A DNA stretch of 59,395 nt, from contig JAFGJV010000014.1 in assembly GCA_016928955.1 (NCBI GenBank), positions 70,014 through 129,408 of the forward strand, in the 5' to 3' direction. Source of the stretch: Spirochaetales bacterium. GTDB taxonomy: Bacteria; Spirochaetota; Spirochaetia; Treponematales; UBA12059. Shown here one piece after another: positions 17,845-27,517 of this stretch. The position numbers were made by a program, and so were the translations under genes. How positions within the stretch are numbered: position 1 is the stretch's first letter; each line of letters opens with the position of its first letter. Below the pieces are notes generated by a model. That model had not been told where the DNA came from. It made no database searches and saw only the letters and a list, made by a program, of their open reading frames with translations.

Positions 17845-19488
17845 CTATTTCCCGCCTTCCGTCAGGCCCGCGCGCAGGCGGTCTATCATGTCCATGTTCT
17901 GACGTCCGAGCCGCTGGAGGGTCTCGGCGCGGCTGAGGAGCCCCGCGCAGGCAGCCGATATGGTTCCCGCTCCCTCGCGGATGCCGGACGCCACGCGGCG
18001 CGCCTCGGCGGTCCGGCCGGACGATTGGCGCATGGATACAGACGCCTGCTCGGCGGCCGTTGTGGCCGTCTGGGCCAGCGACCCGAACCCCTCAATGGTG
18101 CCGCTGATTTCCTCCGTGCCCGCCGACAGCTCCTCCAGCTTGCCAAGGAGGCCGCCGAGCGTGGTGGCCACTTCCCTGAGTTCCGCCGACAGCTTGCCGA
18201 AATACGCGCCCGTGTCCGATCCGGCTCCCGAGGCCAGCTCGACCGCCTGCCGCGTGTTGGCCAGGAGCTTGGATATGTCGCCCGAGCCCCGGGCCGTCTC
18301 CTCCGACAGCTTGCGTATCTCTCCGGCGACCACGGCAAAGCCACGGCCAGCCAGGCCCGCGTGGGCCGCCTCTATGGACGCGTTCATGCCCAAGAGGTTG
18401 GTGCGGTTGGCCACGTCGCCGATCAGGGTGTTGAGCTCTTCCATGCGCTCGGTGGCCTTGACGATGCCGTCTATAGAGCCGTTGACGTCCGCTATGCGCT
18501 TGTCGCCGTCCTGGGCCAGGGCAGTCAGGGCCTCTATGCCGGCGCTCCGGGAGCCGGCGGCGTCGGCCAGCTCGCGCAGGGAGCGTATCATCTGGGACAC
18601 GGCAGCGCTGGCTTCAAGCACCTGGGTGGAATAGGCGCCCAGGGTGGCTATCAGGCGCTCCTGGCCTCCGGCAACCTCGTCCTCGCTGGTGGCGCTCAGG
18701 GCCAGCGCCTGGTCCAAGGCCACGGCGGCTGACGATTCCTCCTCGGCCACCGCGTTCAGTTCCTTGGCGGCGGCGAACAGGGCGTCCGCGGTTTCAGCAA
18801 GGCTGGCGCCAAGTTCTACGGCCTCGTCCTGGGAGCGCTGGACGGCGTCCGACATGGACCTGAACTGGCTGGCGGCCGTTTCCGAGGATTTCACGCACTC
18901 GTCCACGAGCGTCGCCTGCATATGCACGGCCGAGGACGTGAACAGGCCGCCTATGATCACCAGCACGCCGCTGGTGCCCAGCGACTGTATGGCCAGGGTC
19001 GTGACCGCTCCGCCCTCGCTGGCGCTGTGGATACCGTCGCTCAGGTACAGTATGGCAATGGCCGCCAGGTTGAGCGCCGTCAGAATCCAGATGTGGACGC
19101 GCTGGGTGGCCATGAGGCCGGCGGTGATCAAAAGGAAACAGCCGAGCGTGCCGAACACGTAGCATTCGTACACGCTGTCGTACGCGTCGCCCCAAATCGC
19201 AAGGAGCATGACCAGCCACAGGCCGTAGAGAAAGAGGGACGACGCCAGCTGGTAGCGCCCGCGGGCCACAAGGAACAAAACGGCCACGCAGAACAGGGCC
19301 AGCGCGCCAAGCATGGCGGCCACCATGCCCGCGCCCGTAAGCAGCATGAGCGCGCTGAGGATCACGGCAAAGACGCCTATCACCGCCGCCACGGGCACGA
19401 GTAGCCTGGCTTTTTTCCGGGTGCGTATATCAGCCTGCTCGTAGCGTTTCAGGAAAGGTTTCAGGAACCATTCGACGGGCTTTGACAT
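17845..19488 (-). CDS. Methyl-accepting chemotaxis protein with about 6 TM helices
   Basis: RTNLLGMNASIEAAHAGLAGRGFAVVAGEIRKLSE hairpin tip; AGGAGAG RBS before ATG 19488. Confidence 0.92.
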   Translation of the reverse strand: MSKPVEWFLKPFLKRYEQADIRTRKKARLLVPVAAVIGVFAVILSALMLLTGAGMVAAMLGALALFCVAVLFLVARGRYQLASSLFLYGLWLVMLLAIWGDAYDSVYECYVFGTLGCFLLITAGLMATQRVHIWILTALNLAAIAILYLSDGIHSASEGGAVTTLAIQSLGTSGVLVIIGGLFTSSAVHMQATLVDECVKSSETAASQFRSMSDAVQRSQDEAVELGASLAETADALFAAAKELNAVAEEESSAAVALDQALALSATSEDEVAGGQERLIATLGAYSTQVLEASAAVSQMIRSLRELADAAGSRSAGIEALTALAQDGDKRIADVNGSIDGIVKATERMEELNTLIGDVANRTNLLGMNASIEAAHAGLAGRGFAVVAGEIRKLSEETARGSGDISKLLANTRQAVELASGAGSDTGAYFGKLSAELREVATTLGGLLGKLEELSAGTEEISGTIEGFGSLAQTATTAAEQASVSMRQSSGRTAEARRVASGIREGAGTISAACAGLLSRAETLQRLGRQNMDMIDRLRAGLTEGGK

Positions 19489-19672
19489 GGACTCTCCTGG
19501 GCGGCGGTATGCGTGGACTCGCCCGGGACGGCAAGCCGGGTTGGACGCTTGTAGCCTTGGTGGGCGTTCTCCAAGTATGGTATGTTTTTCTGGCCAAGGC
19601 AACACGGCGCGTTTCCAAAAGCCGGGTTTTTAAAGCCATACTGCACACACTGGACGACGCGGAGGACAGACG

Positions 19673-20068
19673 ATGGAAGAACTGAAACCGGGCATCCGTG
19701 GAGAGCGCAGCCTGGTGGTGGACGAAGAGCTCACGGCCAGGCATCTGGGTTCGGGCGGCGTGCCGGTGTACGCCACACCCATGATGGTGCTGGCCATGGA
19801 GGAGGCCGCCCTGAACGCGGTGGACCACCTTCTGAGTCCGGGCATGGCCACCGTGGGCTACCACCTGGATATACGGCACCTGGCGGCCACGCCCCTGGGC
19901 ATGCGCGTCACGGCCAGCGCCGAGCTTGTCAAAGTGGACGGCAGGATGCTCACCTTCAAGGTGGAAGCGCGCGACGAGGTCGAGCTCGTGGGCGAGGGCA
20001 CCCATGTGCGGGCGATCATAGACACGGAAAAGTTCGCCGCCAAGCTCAGGGCCAAGACCGGGGCATGA
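19673..20068 (+). CDS. Hotdog-fold thioesterase (fluoroacetyl-CoA thioesterase FlK-like)
   Basis: LGSGGVPVYATPMMVLAMEEAA, TVG, HLAATPLG, GEGTHVR. Confidence 0.88.
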   Translation: MEELKPGIRGERSLVVDEELTARHLGSGGVPVYATPMMVLAMEEAALNAVDHLLSPGMATVGYHLDIRHLAATPLGMRVTASAELVKVDGRMLTFKVEARDEVELVGEGTHVRAIIDTEKFAAKLRAKTGA

Positions 20069-20081
20069 CGGGCGGCCGAGC

Positions 20082-20111
20082 TTGCGTAGCCGGCCGGTTT
20101 TTCGATAGACT
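20082..20111 (+). promoter_or_regulatory. Putative sigma70 promoter for the trpS leader (leaderless start at the leader ATG)
   Basis: TTGCGT-N18-TAGACT, 7 nt upstream of ATG 20119. Confidence 0.5.
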
Positions 20112-20118
20112 TGCCGGC

Positions 20119-20229
20119 ATGAAGCCGATATTCCCGCGGTCAACGCGCCCCGCGCGACCCATCCTCAAGGAAGCCTGGTCCTGGCGACCGGCGGGTTCGC
20201 GCGCCGCCGTTGGCGGCGACGGGGCTTGA
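20119..20229 (+). CDS. Putative Trp-containing leader peptide (36 aa) upstream of trpS
   Basis: MKPIFPRSTRPARPILKEAWSWRPAGSRAAVGGDGA; TGG codons at 20176 and 20182; alternative hairpins follow. Confidence 0.55.
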   Translation: MKPIFPRSTRPARPILKEAWSWRPAGSRAAVGGDGA

Positions 20230-20315
20230 CGGAACCCCGCGAGGCGACCCGCCCCTGTACTTCCGGCCGGCCGCCGCCACAGGCGGCCACGCACCCCGAC
20301 ATCCGGAGCTGAATC

Positions 20316-21377
20316 ATGGAACGCAAACGCATACTCACCGGCGACCGGCCCACCGGCAAACTGCACCTGGGACACTACGTGGGCAGTCTGGCCAACCGCG
20401 TCCGACTGCAGGACCAGTACGAGTGCTTCTTCATCATCGCCGACCTCCACACGCTGACAACCAAGCCCGAAAAAGAGAACATAGAGGCCTTGCCCGACAA
20501 CGTGCGCTCGGCCGTGCTTGATTACCTGGCCTGCGGCATAGACCCGGCCAAGAGCGTCATCTACCTGCAGTCGGCGGTGCCCGAGGTGGTGGAGCTGTCT
20601 TTGTTTTTCCAGAACCTGGTCACCGTGCCGCGCTTGTCGCGCATACCCAGCCTCAAGGAAATGGCCCAGGGCGCCGGCATTGAGGAAATGCCCCTGGGGC
20701 TCCTGGCCTATCCGGTGCTCCAGGCCGCGGACATCCTGCTCCCGCGCGCCCACCTGGTGCCCGTGGGCAAGGACAACGTGGCCCACGTGGAGATCACCCG
20801 GGAGATAGCCCGCCGCTTCAATTACCTGTACGGCGACACGCTCCCCGTGCCGGACGTGATGGTGTCCGAGTACGGTTCCCTGGTGGGCACGGACGGCAAC
20901 GCCAAGATGTCCAAGAGCCTCAACAACGCGATTTTCCTGTCGGACGACCAGAAGACCGTGCACAAGCGCGTTATGTCCATGTACACCGACCCCAAGCGCG
21001 TGTCCGCCGACATACCGGGCACCGTGGAGGGCAACCCCGTCTTCCAGTACCACGACGCCTTCAACCCGGACAAGGCCGAGGTGGAGGACCTCAAGGCCCG
21101 CTACCGCGCCGGCACGGTGGGAGACGTGGAGGTCAAGGAAAAGCTGGCCAAAGCCATCAACGCCTTCCTGGATCCCATCCGGGAGCGGCGCGCGCGCTAC
21201 GAAAGCCAGTCCGGCCTGGCCGACGAGGTGATATACGACGGCACCCTCCGCATGCGGGAGGAGGCACGCGCCACGCTGAGCGCTGTAAAGAAGGCCATGG
21301 GCATGGCGGCCGTGTGGAACCGCGTGGCGCGCAAGGCCGAGGACGTCAAGAAGAAACGCGAAAAGTCCGGGTCCTAA
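20316..21377 (+). CDS. trpS: Tryptophan--tRNA ligase
   Basis: TGDRPTGKLHLGHY, YPVLQAADIL, VPVGKDN, KMSKS. Confidence 0.97.
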   Translation: MERKRILTGDRPTGKLHLGHYVGSLANRVRLQDQYECFFIIADLHTLTTKPEKENIEALPDNVRSAVLDYLACGIDPAKSVIYLQSAVPEVVELSLFFQNLVTVPRLSRIPSLKEMAQGAGIEEMPLGLLAYPVLQAADILLPRAHLVPVGKDNVAHVEITREIARRFNYLYGDTLPVPDVMVSEYGSLVGTDGNAKMSKSLNNAIFLSDDQKTVHKRVMSMYTDPKRVSADIPGTVEGNPVFQYHDAFNPDKAEVEDLKARYRAGTVGDVEVKEKLAKAINAFLDPIRERRARYESQSGLADEVIYDGTLRMREEARATLSAVKKAMGMAAVWNRVARKAEDVKKKREKSGS

Positions 21378-21446
21378 GCTGCGTATCGCCGCCTGCCCAG
21401 TGTCAAGGCCGGTGATACGCCGGCCGACACTTGAAGGGGAGGGCCC

Positions 21447-22523
21447 ATGCGACGCCGAACAACCTTTGCAGCACTGACTATCCTAGCCGCCGTGATGCTG
21501 GCGCCGGTACTGACCGCGGATTCCGCAGGTTCAGGCGCGGACACCAATCCGCGGGGTTATCCCATACCCGAGGTGCTCCCCACCGAGCGGACAGCCTTTA
21601 CGCGTCGCTTTGCTGCGGAGGCCGGAGAGATGGTTCTGGATCCGGTGCCCTTCGGCGAGATATGGGCCTATCTCATGCACGGCGAGGAGCGCTATCTCAC
21701 ATCGTCGGCTCCCATAACGGACATAGCGTATTTCTCGGCGGCCATATCCAGCAAAGGCGTCCTGTACGGGGCGCCTCCGGTCAAGAATCTGGCGTCCGTC
21801 AAGGCGCGAAAGCACCTGGTGGTGGCCGAGGTGTCCAACCAGGCGCTGATACACTTTGTGCTCAACAAGGCCTACCCCTTGCGCGACCGGCTGCTCAAGG
21901 ACATTGTGGCGGCGGCCTCGGGCTACGACGGCGTCAACATAGACTTTGAGAACATGCGGGCCGACGACGGGCCCGCCTACCTGGAGTTCCTGAAACTGCT
22001 CAAGGCCAAACTGGGCAGAAAAATCCTGAGCGTGTGCGTGCCTGCCCGTACCCGGAAATACGCGGACGCGTACGACTACGCCAAGATAGCAGCCATAGCC
22101 GACCGCGTCTTTGTGATGAGCTACGACGAGCACTGGAGCGGAAGCGCCGCCGGGCCCGTGGCGTCCATCAGTTGGGCAGCAAAGGTGGCCGAGTGGGCCG
22201 TCCAGGCCGTGGGCGCGCGCAAGCTCATCATGGGTATGCCGTTTTACGGCCGTGCCTGGGCCGACCGGAATCCGGCGGGCGCGTACAAGTACTCAAGCGC
22301 CCAGCGCGTGCTCGGCGAGCGGGGCCTGTGGCCGTCCAGGGACCGCGAGGGCGTGGCCTACGTTCGTTTTGCCGAGACGGTCAATTACGTGATGTATTTT
22401 GACGACGCGGTGTCCACCCGCCGCCGGGCTTTCGCCTTCAGCGAGCGCGGCGTGGACAAGGTGGGCTTCTGGCGCCTGGGCCAGGAGGATCCGGATGTGT
22501 GGGGCGTGCTGGCCAGGCGCTGA
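21447..22523 (+). CDS. Secreted glycoside hydrolase family 18 protein
   Basis: Signal peptide; YDGVNIDFE catalytic motif, MSYDEH, GMPFYG, WRLGQED. Confidence 0.88.
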   Translation: MRRRTTFAALTILAAVMLAPVLTADSAGSGADTNPRGYPIPEVLPTERTAFTRRFAAEAGEMVLDPVPFGEIWAYLMHGEERYLTSSAPITDIAYFSAAISSKGVLYGAPPVKNLASVKARKHLVVAEVSNQALIHFVLNKAYPLRDRLLKDIVAAASGYDGVNIDFENMRADDGPAYLEFLKLLKAKLGRKILSVCVPARTRKYADAYDYAKIAAIADRVFVMSYDEHWSGSAAGPVASISWAAKVAEWAVQAVGARKLIMGMPFYGRAWADRNPAGAYKYSSAQRVLGERGLWPSRDREGVAYVRFAETVNYVMYFDDAVSTRRRAFAFSERGVDKVGFWRLGQEDPDVWGVLARR

Positions 22524-22529
22524 CGCTCT

Positions 22530-23168
22530 TTATCGGGGGTGTTGTTCCGCTATCCTCAAGACGCCCCTGCCCAGGTCCCGTAGCTGGAGCGCTCCGGAGG
22601 CAAGTTCCGTAAGCCTGGACTCAAGAGCCGGGTAGGCGTCCACGGGCACCTCGAGTTCCATGCCCACATCCTCCAGAAAGGTCTCAGCCCTGACCTGAGC
22701 TCCCGAGCCGTCGGCCAGCTGGCGCGCCCGTTCGTACAGGTGGTAGGGCAGGTTGAAGGCGACGCGTATGGACGGGCTGAGCACTGCCCGCCTGGCCGAG
22801 GCAAGGGCCAGCTTTCCTGCCTCCGAGTACGCTTTGACCAGGCCCCCGGTGCCCAGAAGCGTTCCGCCGAACCAGCGCGTCACCACGATCACCACGTTGC
22901 CCAGCCCTGAGCCCTTGAGCACGGCCAGGAGCGGGCGGCCGGACGTGCCTGACGGCTCGCCGTCGTCAGAGCAGAACTCGACCACGGAATTGCCCCCGCC
23001 CACCACAAAGGCCGGCACGTGGTGCGTGGCTTCCGGATACGCGGCCTTGCGCCCGGCTATGAAGGCCCGGGCGTCGTCCACGCTGTCCGCGGGAGCCAGC
23101 TCGGACAGGAAGCGCGAGTTGGATACCTGGAGTTCCGCGCTGGCCGGTTCAAGCGGCACCACGAGCAC
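22530..23168 (-). CDS. YigZ/IMPACT family protein
   Basis: SRFL, ATHH, SDDGEPSGTSGRP, VTRWFGGTLLGTGGLVKAY. Confidence 0.93.
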   Translation of the reverse strand: MLVVPLEPASAELQVSNSRFLSELAPADSVDDARAFIAGRKAAYPEATHHVPAFVVGGGNSVVEFCSDDGEPSGTSGRPLLAVLKGSGLGNVVIVVTRWFGGTLLGTGGLVKAYSEAGKLALASARRAVLSPSIRVAFNLPYHLYERARQLADGSGAQVRAETFLEDVGMELEVPVDAYPALESRLTELASGALQLRDLGRGVLRIAEQHPR

Positions 23169-23179
23169 GAGCGTCGCCT

Positions 23180-24631
23180 TTATTTTCCCCGACCCGTGGC
23201 CATGGCGCGCCGTACGCCTCTGACGCCCGCCGCCACCAGGATGACCAGCAGGGCAAGCACGGCGGCCAGGAAGAGGCCATAGGCGGGAAGGCGCAGGTCC
23301 AGCGGGGCACGCCGCGCCCCAAGGACTGCGTCGGGGTCGCTCACGTAGTCCACGTAGGCGCGCACGTAGTCGCCCACGTCCCGCATGATGTCCACCAGGC
23401 TGGTTTCCAGGCTCGCGGCTGCATCGGGCTGGGCTGAGCGGGCGGCCGCAAGGCTGTCGTACAGGGGTTTGTCGGGGTCAGCTCCGAAATCGTAGCTTGG
23501 ATCGGAGCTGTAGCGCTCGGGAAAAGCCTTCACGATGAGCCTGTCTATGGCCGGACCGCGCTTGTACGCGGCGGCAGCGGCCACGTCATAGGCAAAAAAG
23601 TCGCGCCAGGCTACCGGGCGCTGCGAGCCCTCCGCCAGGGCCGTGGCCAGGGCAGGATTGCCGGCCAGGTTGGACGTCAGGCGATACTGGAAGTCCTCCA
23701 GCAACATGTGCCGGTTGGACAGAAGCACCACCGCTCCGTCTATGTCGGCCTGTGTGCCCAGTCCGTACAGGGTTAGCATGCCCAGGGTGCCCTTGCCCGG
23801 CATGAGTCGCGCGTGGTAGGGCATGGCCATGTCTTCCAGGTAGTGGATGGCCCACCCGGCAAAGCGCCAGCCCCAGTAGTCGTGGTCGTGGGCGAACGCG
23901 AAACGGGCAAGCTCCGTGTAGAGGGTCACGCGGTAGTGCGCAAGACCCCGTCCCACAAAGGGCGCGGCCGCCGTGATTATGGGATCTTCCCGGGGAAAGG
24001 TCATGTGGAAAGGCGCCTGGCTGCCGTATATCAGAGCCGGGTTGCCAAAGGGCTGGGGACCAAACGCGTAACGGGCGCCGTAGGCCGTGCCGTTGTCGTC
24101 CCACAGGCCAAGGTCCATGCCGTAATCCGGCTCGTCAGACGCCGTGGCGACCACGGTCAAGGCAGGTACGGACTGGCCCGCGCTTAGGGCCTGGAAAGGC
24201 TGGTTGGGGAAGCGACCCTTGAACACGTCCACTGTCTCCAGGGGCAGGTCCTCAAGGGCGGGGTCGCGGTAACCGTTTGCGGGAGGCTGGATAAAAAGGA
24301 CAAACGGCCGGTCGGGATTCACCCTGATGGCCCGCATGAACGACAGCACCAGGTCCTCAGCCCGTAACGCTGGGTCAAGGGCCAGGTTGTCGGGGCGGCG
24401 GGGGTACGCGGGCAGGCTGGAGGCCATACGCTCCTCCAGCGTATCAAGGAATTCGGCCAGCTCGGCGGCCGTGTCCTCCAGGAAGGCGGACAGATCCTCG
24501 GCCAACACGCTTCCGCCCACGGCCTCATGGCCGGACAGGGCGGCAAGGGTCAGCTGGTCATGGTCGTCCCAGGACCAGGCGCTGACTGCCATGAGCAGGC
24601 TTATGGCTACGCATACGATGGTTTTCTTCAT
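23180..24631 (-). CDS. Zinc-dependent phospholipase C/P1 nuclease-fold protein with C-terminal TM anchor
   Basis: Signal peptide leaving an N-terminal W (WDDH), DEPD, PFH, HYLEDMAMPYH, HMLLED; hydrophobic C-terminal helix with basic tail; AGGAG RBS. Confidence 0.72.
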   Translation of the reverse strand: MKKTIVCVAISLLMAVSAWSWDDHDQLTLAALSGHEAVGGSVLAEDLSAFLEDTAAELAEFLDTLEERMASSLPAYPRRPDNLALDPALRAEDLVLSFMRAIRVNPDRPFVLFIQPPANGYRDPALEDLPLETVDVFKGRFPNQPFQALSAGQSVPALTVVATASDEPDYGMDLGLWDDNGTAYGARYAFGPQPFGNPALIYGSQAPFHMTFPREDPIITAAAPFVGRGLAHYRVTLYTELARFAFAHDHDYWGWRFAGWAIHYLEDMAMPYHARLMPGKGTLGMLTLYGLGTQADIDGAVVLLSNRHMLLEDFQYRLTSNLAGNPALATALAEGSQRPVAWRDFFAYDVAAAAAYKRGPAIDRLIVKAFPERYSSDPSYDFGADPDKPLYDSLAAARSAQPDAAASLETSLVDIMRDVGDYVRAYVDYVSDPDAVLGARRAPLDLRLPAYGLFLAAVLALLVILVAAGVRGVRRAMATGRGK

Positions 24632-24741
24632 GGTGGCTCCTGTAAGGGTCGCGCGACAAGCTTTGTCCTGCACGACGATACCACCATAGTACGACAGACG
24701 GGACTCGCGACGCCATACCCGCGGCCGCATGGCGGAAAAAC

Positions 24742-24770
24742 TGGACAGGACCGCGTGGGCCTCCTATAGT
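24742..24770 (+). promoter_or_regulatory. Sigma70-type promoter of cheY-cheC-cheA (leaderless candidate)
   Basis: TGGACA-N17-TATAGT, 6 nt before ATG 24777; no SD sequence. Confidence 0.6.
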
Positions 24771-24776
24771 TTTGGA

Positions 24777-25139
24777 ATGGCTCGCGAAATACTAATAGTC
24801 GACGATTCCCTGGTTGCCCGGATGGCAATAAAAAATTTCCTGTCCACCGCGGACGCGTCCTTCCGCGAGGCGTCCAGCGGCGAGGAAGCCCTGTCCCTGC
24901 TGGACGGCGGCTACCGGCCCGCCCTTGTGTACCTGGACCTGACCATGCCCGGCATGGGCGGCGCCAAGACGCTCAAGGAGATACGCGCTCGTCACCCCAC
25001 CATGCTGGTAGTGGTCATTACCGCCGACGTCCAAGCGTCCACCCTGGAGGAACTTGGCGCCCTGGGAGTATCCGGGGTGATCAGAAAGCCGGCGGACAAG
25101 GTTTCCGTACTGACGTGGTTCGGCAAGGCTGGCGGGTAG
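24777..25139 (+). CDS. Single-domain response regulator (CheY-like)
   Basis: ILIVDDS, LDLTMPGMGG, ITAD, RKP. Confidence 0.9.
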   Translation: MAREILIVDDSLVARMAIKNFLSTADASFREASSGEEALSLLDGGYRPALVYLDLTMPGMGGAKTLKEIRARHPTMLVVVITADVQASTLEELGALGVSGVIRKPADKVSVLTWFGKAGG

Positions 25140-25148
25140 GAGAGCGCC

Positions 25149-25751
25149 GTGGCCGTGTTCAACGAGCTTGAGCTGGACTGCCTCAAGGAGTTCATGAACA
25201 TAGGCGTGGGCAAGTCGGCCCGTTCGCTGGCCGAGCTTTTTGGCCGCAGGGTGGGCCTGTCCGTACCCCAGGTTATGGAGCTGGACCCCGGCACCTTGGG
25301 CGTGTTTCTCCGCGACTACGGAGGCACGGCCAGTTGCTATGAAGCCGCCGGCCAGGATTTCTTTGGCCCCCTGCATGGCCAGGGCTTTTTCTTCCTGAAC
25401 AGGTCCGAGGCCCTGTCCATGGCCAGCGTCATAGGCCTTGAGCTGGACATGGCCGACGGCATCATCACGGATCTGGTGGAGGAGCTGTCCAACCTGGTGC
25501 TCGTTTCCTGCGTGGGGTTCATGGCCGATGCCTTAAAAGGCTCTTGTTCCTTTTCCGCGCCGCATTATCTGGGGTGCGAGACGAATCTAACCGGGGTCAC
25601 GGAACGGGGAGACGTACGGCTGGGGCTCAAAACGGTGTTTTCCTTCGGCCCCGGCAACGCGGACGGACACCTGGTGCTGACGGTGCGCGGTTCGTCCTTG
25701 CCCTGGCTCAAAAGCGCCCTGGATACCCATCTGGCGGGCCTTTCGTGCTGA
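25149..25751 (+). CDS. CheC-family phosphatase
   Basis: DCLKEFMNIGVG and EELSN (two ExxN sites), LSVP, FSAP. Confidence 0.85.
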   Translation: MAVFNELELDCLKEFMNIGVGKSARSLAELFGRRVGLSVPQVMELDPGTLGVFLRDYGGTASCYEAAGQDFFGPLHGQGFFFLNRSEALSMASVIGLELDMADGIITDLVEELSNLVLVSCVGFMADALKGSCSFSAPHYLGCETNLTGVTERGDVRLGLKTVFSFGPGNADGHLVLTVRGSSLPWLKSALDTHLAGLSC

Positions 25752-27424
25752 GCGATATCCGCGCGGCCTTTGCCGCCGAGTCCGAGGAAATACTGGCCGC
25801 CATGGAAGAGGCCATTCTTGCCCTTGAGCGCGGCGACCAGGGCGCGGTTGACAAGCTCTTCAGGGCCGTCCATACGCTCAAGGGATCGTCCGGCATAGTC
25901 GGCCTGGCCGCGCTGGAGCGCTACGCGCACAAGCTGGAAACCCGGCTCGGGACCATACGCTCGGGGCAGAAGCTCCCGTCGCAGGAGGCCTATGGCGCCC
26001 TGCTGGCGTGCAAGGACCGTTGCGCGGCCATTCTTGCCCTACCGAACGCGTACATGGACGAAGGCCAGGCGGAGCGGGCCGTCCCGCCGGAAGACAAGCT
26101 GGACGACGCCAGCCTTGAGCGTCTGGACGCCGCCCTTGTCGAGGCTCGAGACGACGCCGACACTAGCCCTGGCCTGGGAGCAAGCGCCATGCCGATCGAC
26201 GACGCTGAGCAGGAACCAGAGGCGGCCGCCGATTCCGGTTCTCCCAGAAAAGCGCATCAGCCGGGCGTCCGCGTTCCTGACGCCAAACTGGACGCCCTGG
26301 TCAACCTGGTCGGCGAGATGGTGACCATGCAGGCCCAGCTTACGCGCATATCGGCAGAGTCCGCCAACCACGAACTCCAGAGCGTGGGCGAGGGCATACG
26401 GCGCTTGGTGGGCGAACTCAGGTCGGCGGCCATGGAGCTGCGCCTGGTTACGGCGGACACCCTGTTCAGCAGATTTAGCCGTCCTGTCCGCGACATGGCC
26501 AAGGCCCTGGGCAAAAAGGTGTCGCTGGTCACAGACGGGGGCAGCACCGAGCTGGACAAGTCCATTGTGGACGGACTGGCCGAACCTCTTTTGCACCTGG
26601 TGCGGAACGCCGTGGACCACGGCACGGAAACACCGGACGAGCGCGAGCGCCTAGGCAAGCCGCGCTCAGGTACGGTCCGCGTGTCGGCCAGCCATGAGGG
26701 GGCGTCCGTCCGTATCATGGTGGAGGACGACGGACCCGGCATAGACACGGCGCGCATCCTGGACAAGGCTCGGGAGCTTGGCCTGGCTGCCAGGGAAGCG
26801 CGTTTGTCCCGTGAGGACATCCTCCAGTTCATGTTCCAGCCCGGTTTCAGCACGGCCCAGACCGTGTCCACCGTGTCCGGCAGGGGCTTTGGGCTGGATA
26901 TAGTCAAGTCGGCCGTGGAGAGACTGGGCGGGTCCCTGTCCGTGGACACTGAGCAGGGCAGGGGAACCCGCTTTTTCATCGATCTGCCCCTGACCATAGC
27001 CATCATAGACGGTTTTCTGGCCGAGCTTGAAGGCAGGCTGTTTGTCCTGCCCCTGGCAAACGTGGCCGAGTGCTGGGAACGCCCCCGTCCGGATCCGGCC
27101 GCCAGGGAACGCTTACTGGAGCGGCGCGGCGAACTGGTACCGGAACTGGACCTAGAACGCTTTTTCGGCCTGATAAGGAAATCCGCGCCCGGCCCCAGCC
27201 AGGCCATGGTCTTGGCCGTGGCGTACGGCAAGCGCCTTGCTTTGGCCTTTGACGCCCTCATTGGCGGCTACCAGACGGTCATCAAGCCCCTTGGAGAGCT
27301 GGCCAGCCATCTGCCTGGCGTGTCCGGAGCGGCCATCCTGCCCAACGGGACCGTGGCGCTGATCCTGGACGTGGCCGGTCTGGCCAGGGCGAACAAGGAA
27401 ACGGCCGCCACAAAAGCGGGTTGA
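25745..27424 (+). CDS. cheA: Chemotaxis histidine kinase CheA lacking a P2 domain
   Basis: FRAVHTLKG (Hpt), LDALVNLVGE, HLVRNAVDHG, PGFSTA..SGRGFGLD, C-terminal CheW-like domain; GTG start overlapping cheC. Confidence 0.92.
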   Translation: MLSDIRAAFAAESEEILAAMEEAILALERGDQGAVDKLFRAVHTLKGSSGIVGLAALERYAHKLETRLGTIRSGQKLPSQEAYGALLACKDRCAAILALPNAYMDEGQAERAVPPEDKLDDASLERLDAALVEARDDADTSPGLGASAMPIDDAEQEPEAAADSGSPRKAHQPGVRVPDAKLDALVNLVGEMVTMQAQLTRISAESANHELQSVGEGIRRLVGELRSAAMELRLVTADTLFSRFSRPVRDMAKALGKKVSLVTDGGSTELDKSIVDGLAEPLLHLVRNAVDHGTETPDERERLGKPRSGTVRVSASHEGASVRIMVEDDGPGIDTARILDKARELGLAAREARLSREDILQFMFQPGFSTAQTVSTVSGRGFGLDIVKSAVERLGGSLSVDTEQGRGTRFFIDLPLTIAIIDGFLAELEGRLFVLPLANVAECWERPRPDPAARERLLERRGELVPELDLERFFGLIRKSAPGPSQAMVLAVAYGKRLALAFDALIGGYQTVIKPLGELASHLPGVSGAAILPNGTVALILDVAGLARANKETAATKAG

Positions 27425-27517
27425 GAACAGGGCGCCCGCATCAAAGCTTCGTCGCGCCGGCCGGTCTCCCGCCCTTGTGCTTGAGGCCCGAGCCAGCCTA
27501 TGCTGGCCGCAGAGACC

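Noticed and set aside
20070..20315. T-box riboswitch upstream of trpS
   Set aside because: No T-box consensus (AAnnnGGGTGGnACC-like) and no U-tailed terminator; a leader peptide fits better
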